Numbered from the stretch's first letter, positions 49,566 through 59,308 are shown. The stretch is DNA of 64,000 nucleotides from Rhizomicrobium sp. (GCA_036267995.1 DATAUZ010000033.1:37431-101430), one strand, 5' to 3'. Made by a program: numbers and translations. Notes: generated from the letters alone by a model not told the origin.

Positions 49566-51386
49566 TCAGCCCGCCAGCGCCACGCCCTGATTGAACTGCA
49601 GGTTCGCGAGGCGGGCATACAATCCGCCGCGCGCCACAAGTTCGGCATGGCTGCCCTCGCCCACCACCTTGCCGCGATCCATCACCACAATGCGTTTCAG
49701 TTTCTGGATGGTCGCCAGCCTATGCGCGATCACGATGGTGGTGCGTCCCGCCATCAGGTTGGCGAGCCCCTTCTGCACAAGCTGTTCGTTTTCCGCATCC
49801 AGCGCGCTGGTGGCTTCATCTAGCAGCAGCAGCGGCGCATCGCGCAAAATCGCGCGCGCGATGGCGATGCGCTGGCGCTGGCCGCCCGATAGCGTCACGC
49901 CCCGCTCGCCCAACTGCGTCTCATAGCCTTGCGGCAACTGGTCGATGAATTCCGATGCGGCGGCGCCGTCGGCAGCGCGGTGCACATCATCGTCGCTGGC
50001 GCCCACGCGGCCATAGCGGATGTTGTCGGCGATGGTGCCCGAAAAAATCACAGGTTCCTGCGCCACGATGGAGATATGCCGGCGCACATCTTCCGGATCG
50101 GCTTTGGCGGTATCCACGCCGTCGAACAAAATCTCTCCGTCCTGCGGTGCATAAAAGCGCAGCAGCAACTGGAACACAGTGGATTTTCCCGCACCCGATG
50201 GCCCCACCAGCGCAATCGCCTCGCCGGATTTCACATCGAGCGAGAAATTATCCAGCGCCGCGAAGTCCGGCCGCGAGGGATAGCGGAAGGTCACATCGCG
50301 AAACGCAATCGCGCCATGCGAAGGTTCCGCCAGCGCCACCGGATGATCCGGCGCTTTCACATCGGGCTCGGCATACAGCAGTTCCGTCAGCCGCTCGGAT
50401 GCTCCCGCTGCGCGCTGCAGGTCGCCCCAGGTTTCCGAAAGCGCGCCAACACCCGTCGCCACGATCACGCCGTAAGCCACGAACTGCAGCAGCAAGCCGC
50501 CCGTCATGCGCCCGGCAACCACGTCCTGCGCGCCGGCCCACAGCACGCCCACCATGCAGCCGAAGATTCCGAAAATCACCACCGCCGTCATCACCGCGCG
50601 CGCGCGCGTGCGCAATACCGCGACGTCGAACGAGCGTTCCACCGCCTGGCCAAACCGCCCGCGTTCGAATTCCTCGTGCGTAAAGGCCTGCACCGTCTGC
50701 ACCGCGTTCAGCGTTTCGGAAGCGTGCGCGCTGGTATCGGCAATGCGATCCTGACTCTTGCGGCTCAGTGTTCGCACCCAGCGGCCAAAAAGGATCAGCG
50801 GCACCATCACCAGCAGCACCGCCAGAAGCACAAGCCCGGAAAGTTTCAGGCTGGTCACCACCAGAAGGATCGTGCCGCCCGTCAGCATCACCACGTTGCG
50901 CATGGCGACGGATGCCGAAGAACCAATCACCGTCTGGATCAGCGTGGTGTCGGCGGTCAGCCGCGACAGCACTTCGCCGGTGCGCGTCACTTCAAAGAAC
51001 GAAGGCGTCATCACCAGCACATGATCGAACACTGCCTTGCGCACGTCCGCGATCACGCGCTCGCCAAGCCACGTCACATAATAAAAGCGAATGGCGGTCG
51101 AGATGCCCAGAAGCGCCGCCACCCCGATCAGCGCCAGAAAATAGTGCCCGATAAGCTCGACGTTATGCTTGTCGAAGCCGTGATCGACGATGCCTTTCAG
51201 CGCCGGCGGAATCAGAAGGCTGGCGGAGGACGAAATGATCAGCGCTATCGCCGCGAAGGCGATGGTCCAACCATAGGGCTTCAGGAACGGCAGAAGCTGG
51301 CGCAGCGGCCGAAGCGACCGCGCCTTGGGCCGCGCCCCTGCCACCCTTTGAACCTCGCTTGCGAATTCTTCGCCGGATTGGGCCAT
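49566..51386 (-). CDS. ABC exporter, fused permease/ATPase (ABCB/MsbA-like)
   Basis: Six-TM N-domain; Walker A GPSGAGKST; signature LSGGQRQRIAIARA; Walker B LLLLDEATSALD. Confidence 0.9.
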   Translation of the reverse strand: MAQSGEEFASEVQRVAGARPKARSLRPLRQLLPFLKPYGWTIAFAAIALIISSSASLLIPPALKGIVDHGFDKHNVELIGHYFLALIGVAALLGISTAIRFYYVTWLGERVIADVRKAVFDHVLVMTPSFFEVTRTGEVLSRLTADTTLIQTVIGSSASVAMRNVVMLTGGTILLVVTSLKLSGLVLLAVLLVMVPLILFGRWVRTLSRKSQDRIADTSAHASETLNAVQTVQAFTHEEFERGRFGQAVERSFDVAVLRTRARAVMTAVVIFGIFGCMVGVLWAGAQDVVAGRMTGGLLLQFVAYGVIVATGVGALSETWGDLQRAAGASERLTELLYAEPDVKAPDHPVALAEPSHGAIAFRDVTFRYPSRPDFAALDNFSLDVKSGEAIALVGPSGAGKSTVFQLLLRFYAPQDGEILFDGVDTAKADPEDVRRHISIVAQEPVIFSGTIADNIRYGRVGASDDDVHRAADGAAASEFIDQLPQGYETQLGERGVTLSGGQRQRIAIARAILRDAPLLLLDEATSALDAENEQLVQKGLANLMAGRTTIVIAHRLATIQKLKRIVVMDRGKVVGEGSHAELVARGGLYARLANLQFNQGVALAG

Positions 51387-51646
51387 GGCAGCTATCTAAT
51401 GTCCCGCGGGCCTGTACGCCACGCCCGATGGCAAAAAGCCGCCACACGCCACCCGGACGATCTGGCCTTCTCGCGCGCGGTGCTCAAAGCCACAATGGAC
51501 AGAGACCGCTCCGTGTCGGAAGAGTTTACATTTACCAAACCCCTCGGCGCGAGAATCCAGCAATATCAAGGGCCTGATGAGTGGCGCTTTCTTTGCATGA
51601 TTACTTGCGTTAATATTGTAGTTCTTCTTGGGAAGTGGATCGGGCC

Positions 51647-52255
51647 ATGAAAGTTTACCTTGCCTTCGCCGCGGCGGCTGTTCTTCTGACGGCATCGCCC
51701 GCGTTTGCAGACTCACTTTTCCAGAACAATTTTAACGGCGAGAACGGCGGCAACGGCGTGCTTAATTATGCCGGCTTCCAGAATTTCAGCGTTTCAAGCG
51801 GCTCGGTCGATCTCATCGGCAATGGCTTCTACAACTTCAACTCCGATTCCAATCTTTACGTCGATATGGCCGGCACCACCGAGCAGTACGGCGCGATCAC
51901 CACGGACACGGTTTTTGGGCCCGGCACCTATCAGATTACGCTCGATGTCGGCGGCTCGATCTATTCGGGCATCGCCGACGGCGTGGCACTGACCTGGGCC
52001 GGATGCGGCTCCAGTTGCTTCAGCACCGGCGCCATCGCCGGGCTGACGTCCGAAACTCTCACCTTCAACGTGACGCTTGCCTCCGCCAGCGCCTTCACGC
52101 TCGCCGATCTGCAGCTTTCGGGGAACCCCGACATCGGGGCCACGCTCTTCGGGGTGGAGATTCAGCCGGTGCCCGAACCCATCAGCATCGCCCTTCTGGG
52201 CAGCGGCTTGTTCGGGTTCGGCGTTTTCGGGCGGCGCAAGAAGCGCGGTTCCTGA
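51647..52255 (+). CDS. PEP-CTERM sorting-domain secreted protein
   Basis: Signal peptide MKVYLAFAAAAVLLTASPAFA; C-terminal VPEP-ISIALLGSGLFGFGVFG-RRKKR. Confidence 0.75.
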   Translation: MKVYLAFAAAAVLLTASPAFADSLFQNNFNGENGGNGVLNYAGFQNFSVSSGSVDLIGNGFYNFNSDSNLYVDMAGTTEQYGAITTDTVFGPGTYQITLDVGGSIYSGIADGVALTWAGCGSSCFSTGAIAGLTSETLTFNVTLASASAFTLADLQLSGNPDIGATLFGVEIQPVPEPISIALLGSGLFGFGVFGRRKKRGS

Positions 52256-52272
52256 GACCTTTATCCAGCCTG

Positions 52273-52301
52273 TTGCAAGGCTTTGAGCGATCCTCTATAA
52301 G
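52273..52301 (+). promoter_or_regulatory. sigma-70-like promoter for rpmE
   Basis: TTGCAA-N17-TATAAG, about 40 nt upstream of the ATG. Confidence 0.4.
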
Positions 52302-52340
52302 CCGCGGCCTCTAAAACGCGCGTTCCGAAAGGCCTGAGCC

Positions 52341-52562
52341 ATGAAAAAGGGCATCCACCCCGGCTACCACTTCGTCAATGTCGTCCTCAATGACGGCAGC
52401 ACCTATCGCACGCGCACGACCTGGGGCGAAGAAGGCCAGAAGCTGACTTTGGACATCGATCCCACCACGCACCCCGCCTGGACCGGCGGTCAGCAGCAGC
52501 TGATGGATCGCGGCGGCCGCTTGACCCGCTTCAACAAAAAGTTCGCCGATTTCGTAAAATAA
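52341..52562 (+). CDS. rpmE: 50S ribosomal protein L31 (Cys-less form)
   Basis: [10 protein letters not shown]...HPAWTG...RFNKKF signature. Confidence 0.95.
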   Translation: MKKGIHPGYHFVNVVLNDGSTYRTRTTWGEEGQKLTLDIDPTTHPAWTGGQQQLMDRGGRLTRFNKKFADFVK

Positions 52563-52580
52563 GGGCCATCATCCTGAGGT

Positions 52581-52597
52581 GCTCGCGCAACGCGAGC
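52581..52597. terminator. hairpin between convergent rpmE and rcdA
   Basis: GCTCGCG-CAA-CGCGAGC perfect 7-bp stem; no U-tract. Confidence 0.3.
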
Positions 52598-52606
52598 CAC
52601 GAAGGA

Positions 52607-53116
52607 TCAGCCCGCCTCGCCGAACGCCTGTTCCAGGCGGTCGAAATGCGCCTGCACGCCGGGGCTATGAGCGCCACCGAACAGCAGATCGTCCAGCCGC
52701 GCGATGCGCCGGTAAAGGCTATCGCTGCGGCCAAGCAGATCCTGCAGCATCTTGGGCAGAAGTTCGCAGCCGTCCTGCCGCCCGCCAAAACAGATTTCCT
52801 TTGAGCCAAGCCGGTAGCGTTCGCTGGCCGCATCGGCCGCACTCATATCGCCCTCCTGCACCGCGCGCTGGATAAGCAGCCAACTTGCCGCCTGCATCAG
52901 CCGCGTGGTCACGCGCATGCTTTCGCCGGCGTAAAGAAGGGCTGCCTTGCGCGGCAGATCGCGCGATTCCTCGCGGCCACGGCCATCAAGATAACGCGAA
53001 GTTTCTTCCACCAGCGCCATGCCTTCATCGAAGGTGCGCTCGAACAGGGCGGAACCGGCAAATGTTTCTAGATTGACGCCGCACAAGCCGTCTTCGTCCG
53101 TTGCCGGATTAGCCAT
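52607..53116 (-). CDS. rcdA: DUF1465 protein, RcdA-like regulator of CtrA degradation
   Basis: Family recognised from TFDEGMALVEETSRYLDG...MRVTTRLMQAASWLLIQRAV. Confidence 0.75.
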   Translation of the reverse strand: MANPATDEDGLCGVNLETFAGSALFERTFDEGMALVEETSRYLDGRGREESRDLPRKAALLYAGESMRVTTRLMQAASWLLIQRAVQEGDMSAADAASERYRLGSKEICFGGRQDGCELLPKMLQDLLGRSDSLYRRIARLDDLLFGGAHSPGVQAHFDRLEQAFGEAG

Positions 53117-53313
53117 TGTGCATTGCCCCAGAAATTCGTGTCCCGCGCCGTGACGCTATCAATTTCAGGCCCGCACGCAAAGCCAATTACGCACAATGGT
53201 TAGGCGTAAACCACATAGCCGGTGGCAATGCTGCAACGGTGTAAAGGCGCGCCACGAACATCTGTGGAAATTAATCATTACGGCAACGCGCAAGTTCCAT
53301 CACAACCGGAACG

Positions 53314-53511
53314 TCATCGCTTGAAGAAGGAATCCGCAGCGGAGCGTGTCGCCTGCCGCGCTGCAATCGCTTCGCGACAGCGCACGATCTCGCTTTCCAG
53401 CATGGCAATGCGCGCGGCAAGCTCATGCTCCGACTTCGCCGACAAATCCTCGCCGATGACAACCTCCGGCGCTTTCTTTTTCGGCTGCAATTCCTCGGGA
53501 TCGATTGGCAT
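53314..53511 (-). CDS. DUF1192 small coiled-coil protein
   Basis: 65 aa, IGEDLSAKSEHELAARIAMLESEIVRCREAIAARQATRSAADSFFK. Only the C-terminal part of the 223-aa track ORF is used. Confidence 0.7.
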   Translation of the reverse strand: MPIDPEELQPKKKAPEVVIGEDLSAKSEHELAARIAMLESEIVRCREAIAARQATRSAADSFFKR

Positions 53512-53613
53512 ATGCGCCTCGCGTGACCGGCAATCGCATTTTGTCATGGCCAGCGAATGCGGGCCACCCAGGTGACGCCCTTGCGAGCCATGCCGGATGG
53601 GGGAGAATGCATC

Positions 53614-54591
53614 ATGAAAGCCATTCGCGTTGAAAACCCCGGCCCGGACTATCGCCTTGTTCTGGCGGATATCCCGACACCTTCGCCAAAACCCGGCGAA
53701 ATCCTCATCAAAGTGGCGGCGGCCGGCCTGAACCACGCCGATATGAACCAGGCGCAAGGCCGATATCCGCCGCCGCCCGGCGCGCCCGATACGCTGGGCA
53801 TGGAAGTCTCCGGCACCGTCGCGGAAATCGGCGAAGGCGTTACGCAATTCAAAATCGGTGACGAGGTTTGCGCGCTGGTTCCCGGCGGCGGTTACGCGGA
53901 ATTCTGCGCTGCATCGCAGTTGAGTGTTCTGCCGCTGCCCAAAGGCGTGTCGCTGGTCGATGCCGCCGCGTTGCCCGAAGCGCATTTCACCGTCTGGACA
54001 AATCTGATGGATGCCGCGCGGTTAAAACCCGGCGAAACCGTTTTGATCCACGGTGGCTCCAGCGGCATCGGCACCGCCGCCATCCAGATGCTGGCGGCGC
54101 GCGGCCACACCGTCTTCACCACCGCCGGCAGCGCGGAAAAATGCGCCGCCTGCGAAAAGCTCGGCGCCACGCGCGCCATCAATTACAAAAACGAAGACTT
54201 CGTAGAAGTGGTGAAAGCCGCCACGAACGGCAAAGGCGTCAACGTCATCCTCGACATGGTCGGCGGCGATTATATCGAGCGCAATTTCCACGCCGCCAGC
54301 ATCTGGGGCCGCATCGTCAACATCGCCTTCATGAGCGGCATGAAAGCGAATGTGAACTTCGCCCTCATGCTGATGAAGCGTCTCTCGCACATGGCCACCA
54401 CCCTGCGCGCCCGCAGCAACGAAGAAAAAGGCGCCATCCGCGATGCCCTGGCCCGCGAAGTCTGGCCGCTCATCGCTGCCGGAAAAATCAAACCGGTCAT
54501 CGACAGCACCTTCCCCCTGTCCCAAGCCCAACAAGCCCACGCCCGCATGGCCAAAAGCGCCCATATCGGCAAGATTTTGCTGGTTTTGTAG
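53614..54591 (+). CDS. NAD(P)H:quinone oxidoreductase (zeta-crystallin/PIG3-type MDR)
   Basis: GGGGAG RBS before ATG 53614; MDR fold with GGSSGIGTAAIQ nucleotide motif. Confidence 0.85.
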   Translation: MKAIRVENPGPDYRLVLADIPTPSPKPGEILIKVAAAGLNHADMNQAQGRYPPPPGAPDTLGMEVSGTVAEIGEGVTQFKIGDEVCALVPGGGYAEFCAASQLSVLPLPKGVSLVDAAALPEAHFTVWTNLMDAARLKPGETVLIHGGSSGIGTAAIQMLAARGHTVFTTAGSAEKCAACEKLGATRAINYKNEDFVEVVKAATNGKGVNVILDMVGGDYIERNFHAASIWGRIVNIAFMSGMKANVNFALMLMKRLSHMATTLRARSNEEKGAIRDALAREVWPLIAAGKIKPVIDSTFPLSQAQQAHARMAKSAHIGKILLVL

Positions 54592-54703
54592 AAAACCCTT
54601 TCCCGGCGCGCCCCCGCCCGCTAAAAGACCCGCCTTCCTCGAACCTCCAACAATCGAGCGAAGGGACGGGGTCTGAAAGCCTCGCCCGGGAAAGGAAAGA
54701 CTT

Positions 54704-55447
54704 ATGGCCGTCGAACTGAAGCCGCTGATGCCGAAGGCAACCGCCGTCTGGCTCGTGGACAATACCTCGCTCACCTTCGAGCAGATTGCCGATTTCTGCG
54801 GGCTGCATCCGCTGGAAGTGAAAGGCATCGCCGACGAAGACGTCGCCAAGGGCATCAAGGGCCAGGACCCGGTGACGAGCGGCCAGCTCACGCGCGACCA
54901 GATCGTGGAAGCCGAAGCCGACCCCAAGAAGCGCCTCAAGATGGCGCCGCCCAAACACAAAATGCCGGCGGTGAAACAGAAGAAGGCGCCGCGCTACACG
55001 CCCGTCTCAAAGCGCCAGGACAAGCCGGATGCGGTTTACTGGATCATCCGCAACCATCCCGAATTCACCGACGCCGACATCGTGCGCCTGATCGGCACGA
55101 CAAAAGCCACCATCCAGAAAATCCGCGAGCGTTCGCACTGGAACGCCACCAACATCAAGGCCGTCGATCCGGTGACGCTGGGGCTTTGCTCACAGCTTGA
55201 ACTGGATCTGGCGGTGACGCGCGCCAACCAGAAGCGCGAACGCGCGCTCAAGCGCGCCGCCAAGAAAGGCGCCACGCTGAAACCGGTTTCGGAAACCACC
55301 GGCGAAGACCAGCCCGCTGCGGAAGACGCTGTTGCTTCGACGGAAGAAGCGCCTGCTGAAGACTCGCAGACCGAAGAATCTGTCAGCGGCGAAGAAGACA
55401 TGAGCGCCGCCACCGGCGACGTCGAAAGCGAAGACGAAGCGCTTTGA
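54704..55447 (+). CDS. DUF1013 domain protein with acidic C-terminal tail
   Basis: Conserved alphaproteobacterial N-terminus LMPKATAVWLVDNTSLTFEQIADFCGLHPLEVKGIADE and RNHPEFTDADIVRLIGTTKATIQKIRERSHWN. Confidence 0.8.
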   Translation: MAVELKPLMPKATAVWLVDNTSLTFEQIADFCGLHPLEVKGIADEDVAKGIKGQDPVTSGQLTRDQIVEAEADPKKRLKMAPPKHKMPAVKQKKAPRYTPVSKRQDKPDAVYWIIRNHPEFTDADIVRLIGTTKATIQKIRERSHWNATNIKAVDPVTLGLCSQLELDLAVTRANQKRERALKRAAKKGATLKPVSETTGEDQPAAEDAVASTEEAPAEDSQTEESVSGEEDMSAATGDVESEDEAL

Positions 55448-55451
55448 AGAA

Positions 55452-56711
55452 CTAGGCCGCCTGCGCGGGCTCGTTCCCGCGCGGGTCCAGTTCCAGCGAT
55501 GTAGGCGAGCCCTGCTGCGTCAGCGGCTCGAACCTGTCGCGGGTTTCTTCGGGCGGCGCGCGCATCACCGTCAACCGCACGATGGTGAAAACCGCAAGGC
55601 ACACATGCACCGCTGCGGTGTAGGCGAACAGCGCCGGCGATCCGAACCGTGTCATCGCGAAAGCGCCGATCACCGGCCCGATCACCGACGCCAGCGCGTT
55701 GATCAACAACAGCGTGGCGGAGGCTTCCACAAACATTTCGCGCGGCAGCCGGTCGTTGGCATGCGCCACCGACAATCCATAAAGCGGCAACGCCGTCAGC
55801 CCGAACACCGCCACCAGGACAAGCGCCATGGTGTGGCTTTGCGCGCCGAACAGATACAGCGCGATGCCCGAACACGCCGCGGCCACCGAAACACCTGCGA
55901 TCACAATGCGCCGGTCCAGATGATCGGACAGCCGCCCCATCGGCACCTGAATCAGCGCGCCGCCCAGCGTGAAGGCGCTCATGAAAGCCGCCAGCAAACT
56001 CTTGGTCAGGTGATTGTCGTGCGCGTAAACCGGCGCCAGCGACCACACCGCGCCATTGGCAAATCCCACCGCGATGCAGCCGGCCACGCCCACCGGCGAA
56101 ATGCGAAACAGCCGCCACGGGCGCAACACCGGCACCGGCGTGGGCTTCGGTTGCGGCAGCCGCGTCAATCCCACCGGGATCAAACACAGCGCATAAAGAA
56201 TTGCCGATTGCACGAACAGCGAATAGCTCGACGCGCGCCCGGTGGAATAAAGCCACTGCCCCGCCACCATCGCGCCATAGGTCACCGTCATGTAAGCGGA
56301 GAAAATCCGCCCGCGCGTTTCGTTGGTGGCGCGGTCGTTCAGCCAGCTTTCGATCACCATATAAAGATTGGCGGCGGCAAAACCGATCAGCCCGCGCACG
56401 CTGATCCACACAAACTCGCTGGTCGATAGCGATTGCAGCAGCGGGGAGACCGTCGCCAACCCGGCCGCCACCGCAAAAGTGCGGCTATAGCCCACGCGCA
56501 CCAGAAGTCGCGGCCCCACAAAACAGCCCAGCACGAAGCCGGCGTAATAAGCCGAGCCGATCACGCCCACAATCACATCGGAAAAGCCCAGGATATGCGC
56601 GCGCACCGGCGTCAGCGTACCCAGCAGGCCCTGGCCCATCAGGAAGATGAGAACCGAAAGCAGAATGGCGGCAATCGACAGAAGCTGCTTGCGCATGGCA
56701 CCCGCGCTCAA
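55452..56711 (-). CDS. MFS transporter
   Basis: 12-TM pattern; MFS loop motifs. Confidence 0.85.
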   Translation of the reverse strand: MSAGAMRKQLLSIAAILLSVLIFLMGQGLLGTLTPVRAHILGFSDVIVGVIGSAYYAGFVLGCFVGPRLLVRVGYSRTFAVAAGLATVSPLLQSLSTSEFVWISVRGLIGFAAANLYMVIESWLNDRATNETRGRIFSAYMTVTYGAMVAGQWLYSTGRASSYSLFVQSAILYALCLIPVGLTRLPQPKPTPVPVLRPWRLFRISPVGVAGCIAVGFANGAVWSLAPVYAHDNHLTKSLLAAFMSAFTLGGALIQVPMGRLSDHLDRRIVIAGVSVAAACSGIALYLFGAQSHTMALVLVAVFGLTALPLYGLSVAHANDRLPREMFVEASATLLLINALASVIGPVIGAFAMTRFGSPALFAYTAAVHVCLAVFTIVRLTVMRAPPEETRDRFEPLTQQGSPTSLELDPRGNEPAQAA

Positions 56712-56723
56712 TGCAAACCGGCG

Positions 56724-57341
56724 CTAGTGAAACAGATGCCGCGCCAGCAAATAACCGAACACAACCACAACCAGAAATCCCACGACCACGATTTCCAGAT
56801 ATTTCTCGATCAGAATCCGCATCGGCTCGCCGAACCAGTAGAGCAGCGCCGAAACCAGCGTGAAGCGGATGGTGCGGGTGATCGCCGAAAGCCCGATGAA
56901 CAGCGGCAGCCCAAGCCCCGCAAAGCCCGATGCGATGGCCACGATCTTGTAGGGGATCGGCGTCATGCCCTGCAGCACGATCCAGTAGCCGTATTTGTGA
57001 TAGGCCACGCGGAACGCCGCGATGTCGCCGCCCATGCCATAGGCCTGGATGAGCCAATGGCCGACCGAATTATAAAGAAGGGCACCGATCTCGTAGCCCA
57101 GCACGCCGCCGATCACCGACCATAGCGCGCACCAGCCGGCCAGAATGAAGGCGCGGTGGCGGTTCCGCAGAACCATGGGAATCAGCATGATGTCCGGCGG
57201 CATGGGAAAGAACGAGCTTTCCGCGAACGACAGCAGCGCCAGAATGGCCCAGGCATGCGGCCCCTCGGCGTGGCGCATCACCCAGGCGTAAAGGTTGCGA
57301 AGGGGATTCCATCGCGCCCGCACTTGCGTCTCGTTCGACAT
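56724..57341 (-). CDS. YqaA/DedA-superfamily membrane protein
   Basis: FAESSFFPMPPDIMLIPM motif. Confidence 0.8.
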   Translation of the reverse strand: MSNETQVRARWNPLRNLYAWVMRHAEGPHAWAILALLSFAESSFFPMPPDIMLIPMVLRNRHRAFILAGWCALWSVIGGVLGYEIGALLYNSVGHWLIQAYGMGGDIAAFRVAYHKYGYWIVLQGMTPIPYKIVAIASGFAGLGLPLFIGLSAITRTIRFTLVSALLYWFGEPMRILIEKYLEIVVVGFLVVVVFGYLLARHLFH

Positions 57342-57463
57342 ACTGGCTCCGGCGCTATCGCCGCTTTCCTAGCAATGCGCGCATCGCGCGTCCATCGTCA
57401 TCCGGCTTGCCGTTAACCGGCCCATTTACTAGCTTTTGCGCGGGCCGGATGAAGATCGTGTGA

Positions 57464-59305
57464 ATGGCAAAGCGAAAGAAAGCCGTGAAATCCGGCAAAA
57501 CCAAGACGCGCAAACGCGCGATCAAATCTGCGCCCAAATCGGGGGCCAAAAAAAGAAAGCCGTCCGCGCCCAAGCCCCAACCCAAACCAAAGCCCGCACC
57601 CGCCTTGCGCGCGCGCAAAGCCAGCACGCGCCGCGCCAACACCGCACCGCGCCCCGCCCCGCGCCTGAAGGCCGCCAGCTTCAATCCCTTCGCCCGCGAT
57701 CTGGACAAGACCGCCGCCAACTATCAGCCGCTCACGCCGTTGAGTTTTCTGGAACGCGCCGCTTCGGTGTTCCCCGATCGGCTCGCCATCGTTCACGGCG
57801 CATTGCGCCAGAACTACCGCGACTTTTACATCCGCGCCCGCAAGCTAGCGTCGGCGCTCTCCAAACGCGGCATCGGCAAAGGCGACACGGTGGCCGCCAT
57901 GCTGCCCAACGTGCCGCCCATGCTGGAAGCGCATTACGGCGTGCCGATGTCGGGTGCGGTCCTCAACACGCTCAACACCCGCCTCGATGCGGCGGCTTTG
58001 GCGTTCATGCTTGATCACGGCGAAGCCAAAGTGCTGATCGCCGATCGCGAATTCGCCGCTGTCGTGAAGGAAACGCTGAAGCTGGCGAAAGTGAAGCCGC
58101 TTGTCATCGATTGCGACGACAAGGAATTTCCTCAAACCGGCGAGCTGCTGGGCGAAATGGAATACGAGGATTTCATCGCCGCCGGCGATCCGGAGTTCGC
58201 TTGGAAGCCGCCCGCCGATGAATGGGATGCGATCTCGCTGAACTACACGTCCGGTACCACCGGCAATCCCAAAGGCGTGGTGTTTCACCATCGCGGTGCA
58301 GCCCTGATGGGCTACGGCAACGTGCTGGCCGCCGGCATGGGCAAGCATCCGGTGTATCTGTGGACGGTGCCGATGTTTCATTGCAACGGTTGGTGCTTTC
58401 CCTGGTCACTATCCGTCGTCGCGGGCACGCACGTTTGTCTGCGCTGGGTGCGCGCCAAGCCGATGTTCGATCTCATTGCTGAGCACAAAGTCACCCACCT
58501 GTGCGGCGCGCCTATCGTGATGTCCACGCTGATCAACGCACAGCCCGAAGAACGCCGCGCACTTCCGCACCGCGTGGAATTCATCACCGCCGCCGCCCCG
58601 CCGCCCGAAGCAGTGCTGGCCGCAATGGGGGACGCCGGCTTCAACGTCACCCACGTTTACGGCCTCACCGAAACCTACGGCCCCGCCGTGGTGAACGAAT
58701 GGCAGGCGGGCTGGGACGAACTGGAACGCGACGAACGCGCGGCCAAGAAAGCGCGGCAAGGCGTGCGCTATCACGCGCTGGATGCGCTGACCGTGATGGA
58801 TCCCGAAACCATGGAGACGGTGCCGGCAGATGGGCAAACCATCGGCGAAGTCATGTTCCGCGGCAACATCGTGATGAAAGGCTATCTGAAAAATCCCAAC
58901 GCCACGCGCGAAGCCTTTTCCGGCGGCTGGTTTCACTCCGGCGATCTGGGCGTGCTGCACCCGGACGGTTACATCCAGATCAAGGACCGTTCCAAAGACA
59001 TCATCATCTCCGGCGGCGAAAACATTTCCTCCATCGAAGTGGAAGATGTGCTGAACAATCATCCCGCCGTGATGTTTGTGGGCGTGGTGGCGAAGGACGA
59101 CGAGAAATGGGGCGAAACACCGTGCGCCTTCATCGAACTGAAGCCCGGAAAATCCGCCAGCCAGGAAGAGCTGATCGAATATTGCCGCGCCAATCTCGCG
59201 CGCTTCAAATGCCCGCGCCACATCGTCTTCGCCGAAATCCCCAAAACCGCCACCGGCAAAATCCAGAAATACAAACTGCGCGAAATGGCCAAAGCGGTAA
59301 CGTAA
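57464..59305 (+). CDS. acyl-CoA synthetase (AMP-forming) with Lys/Pro-rich N-terminal extension
   Basis: AMP motif YTSGTTGNPKGV; GYGLTE-type YGLTETYG; C-terminal PKTATGKIQK. The enzyme core begins near NPFARDLDK. Alternative TTG start at 57605. Confidence 0.85.
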   Translation: MAKRKKAVKSGKTKTRKRAIKSAPKSGAKKRKPSAPKPQPKPKPAPALRARKASTRRANTAPRPAPRLKAASFNPFARDLDKTAANYQPLTPLSFLERAASVFPDRLAIVHGALRQNYRDFYIRARKLASALSKRGIGKGDTVAAMLPNVPPMLEAHYGVPMSGAVLNTLNTRLDAAALAFMLDHGEAKVLIADREFAAVVKETLKLAKVKPLVIDCDDKEFPQTGELLGEMEYEDFIAAGDPEFAWKPPADEWDAISLNYTSGTTGNPKGVVFHHRGAALMGYGNVLAAGMGKHPVYLWTVPMFHCNGWCFPWSLSVVAGTHVCLRWVRAKPMFDLIAEHKVTHLCGAPIVMSTLINAQPEERRALPHRVEFITAAAPPPEAVLAAMGDAGFNVTHVYGLTETYGPAVVNEWQAGWDELERDERAAKKARQGVRYHALDALTVMDPETMETVPADGQTIGEVMFRGNIVMKGYLKNPNATREAFSGGWFHSGDLGVLHPDGYIQIKDRSKDIIISGGENISSIEVEDVLNNHPAVMFVGVVAKDDEKWGETPCAFIELKPGKSASQEELIEYCRANLARFKCPRHIVFAEIPKTATGKIQKYKLREMAKAVT

Positions 59306-59308
59306 GCG

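Noticed and set aside
52341-52562. Cys-less L31 and non-zinc-ribbon L36 (63180-63305) as zinc-starvation paralogues (Zur regulon)
   Set aside because: They appear in ordinary housekeeping contexts with sigma-70-like promoters and no Zur-box-like palindrome. As far as I know these C-minus forms are the normal sole copies in many Alphaproteobacteria.
53512-53985. Upstream part of minus-strand ORF 53314..53985
   Set aside because: It is antisense to the quinone oxidoreductase gene. Only the terminal 65 codons form the recognisable DUF1192 protein.
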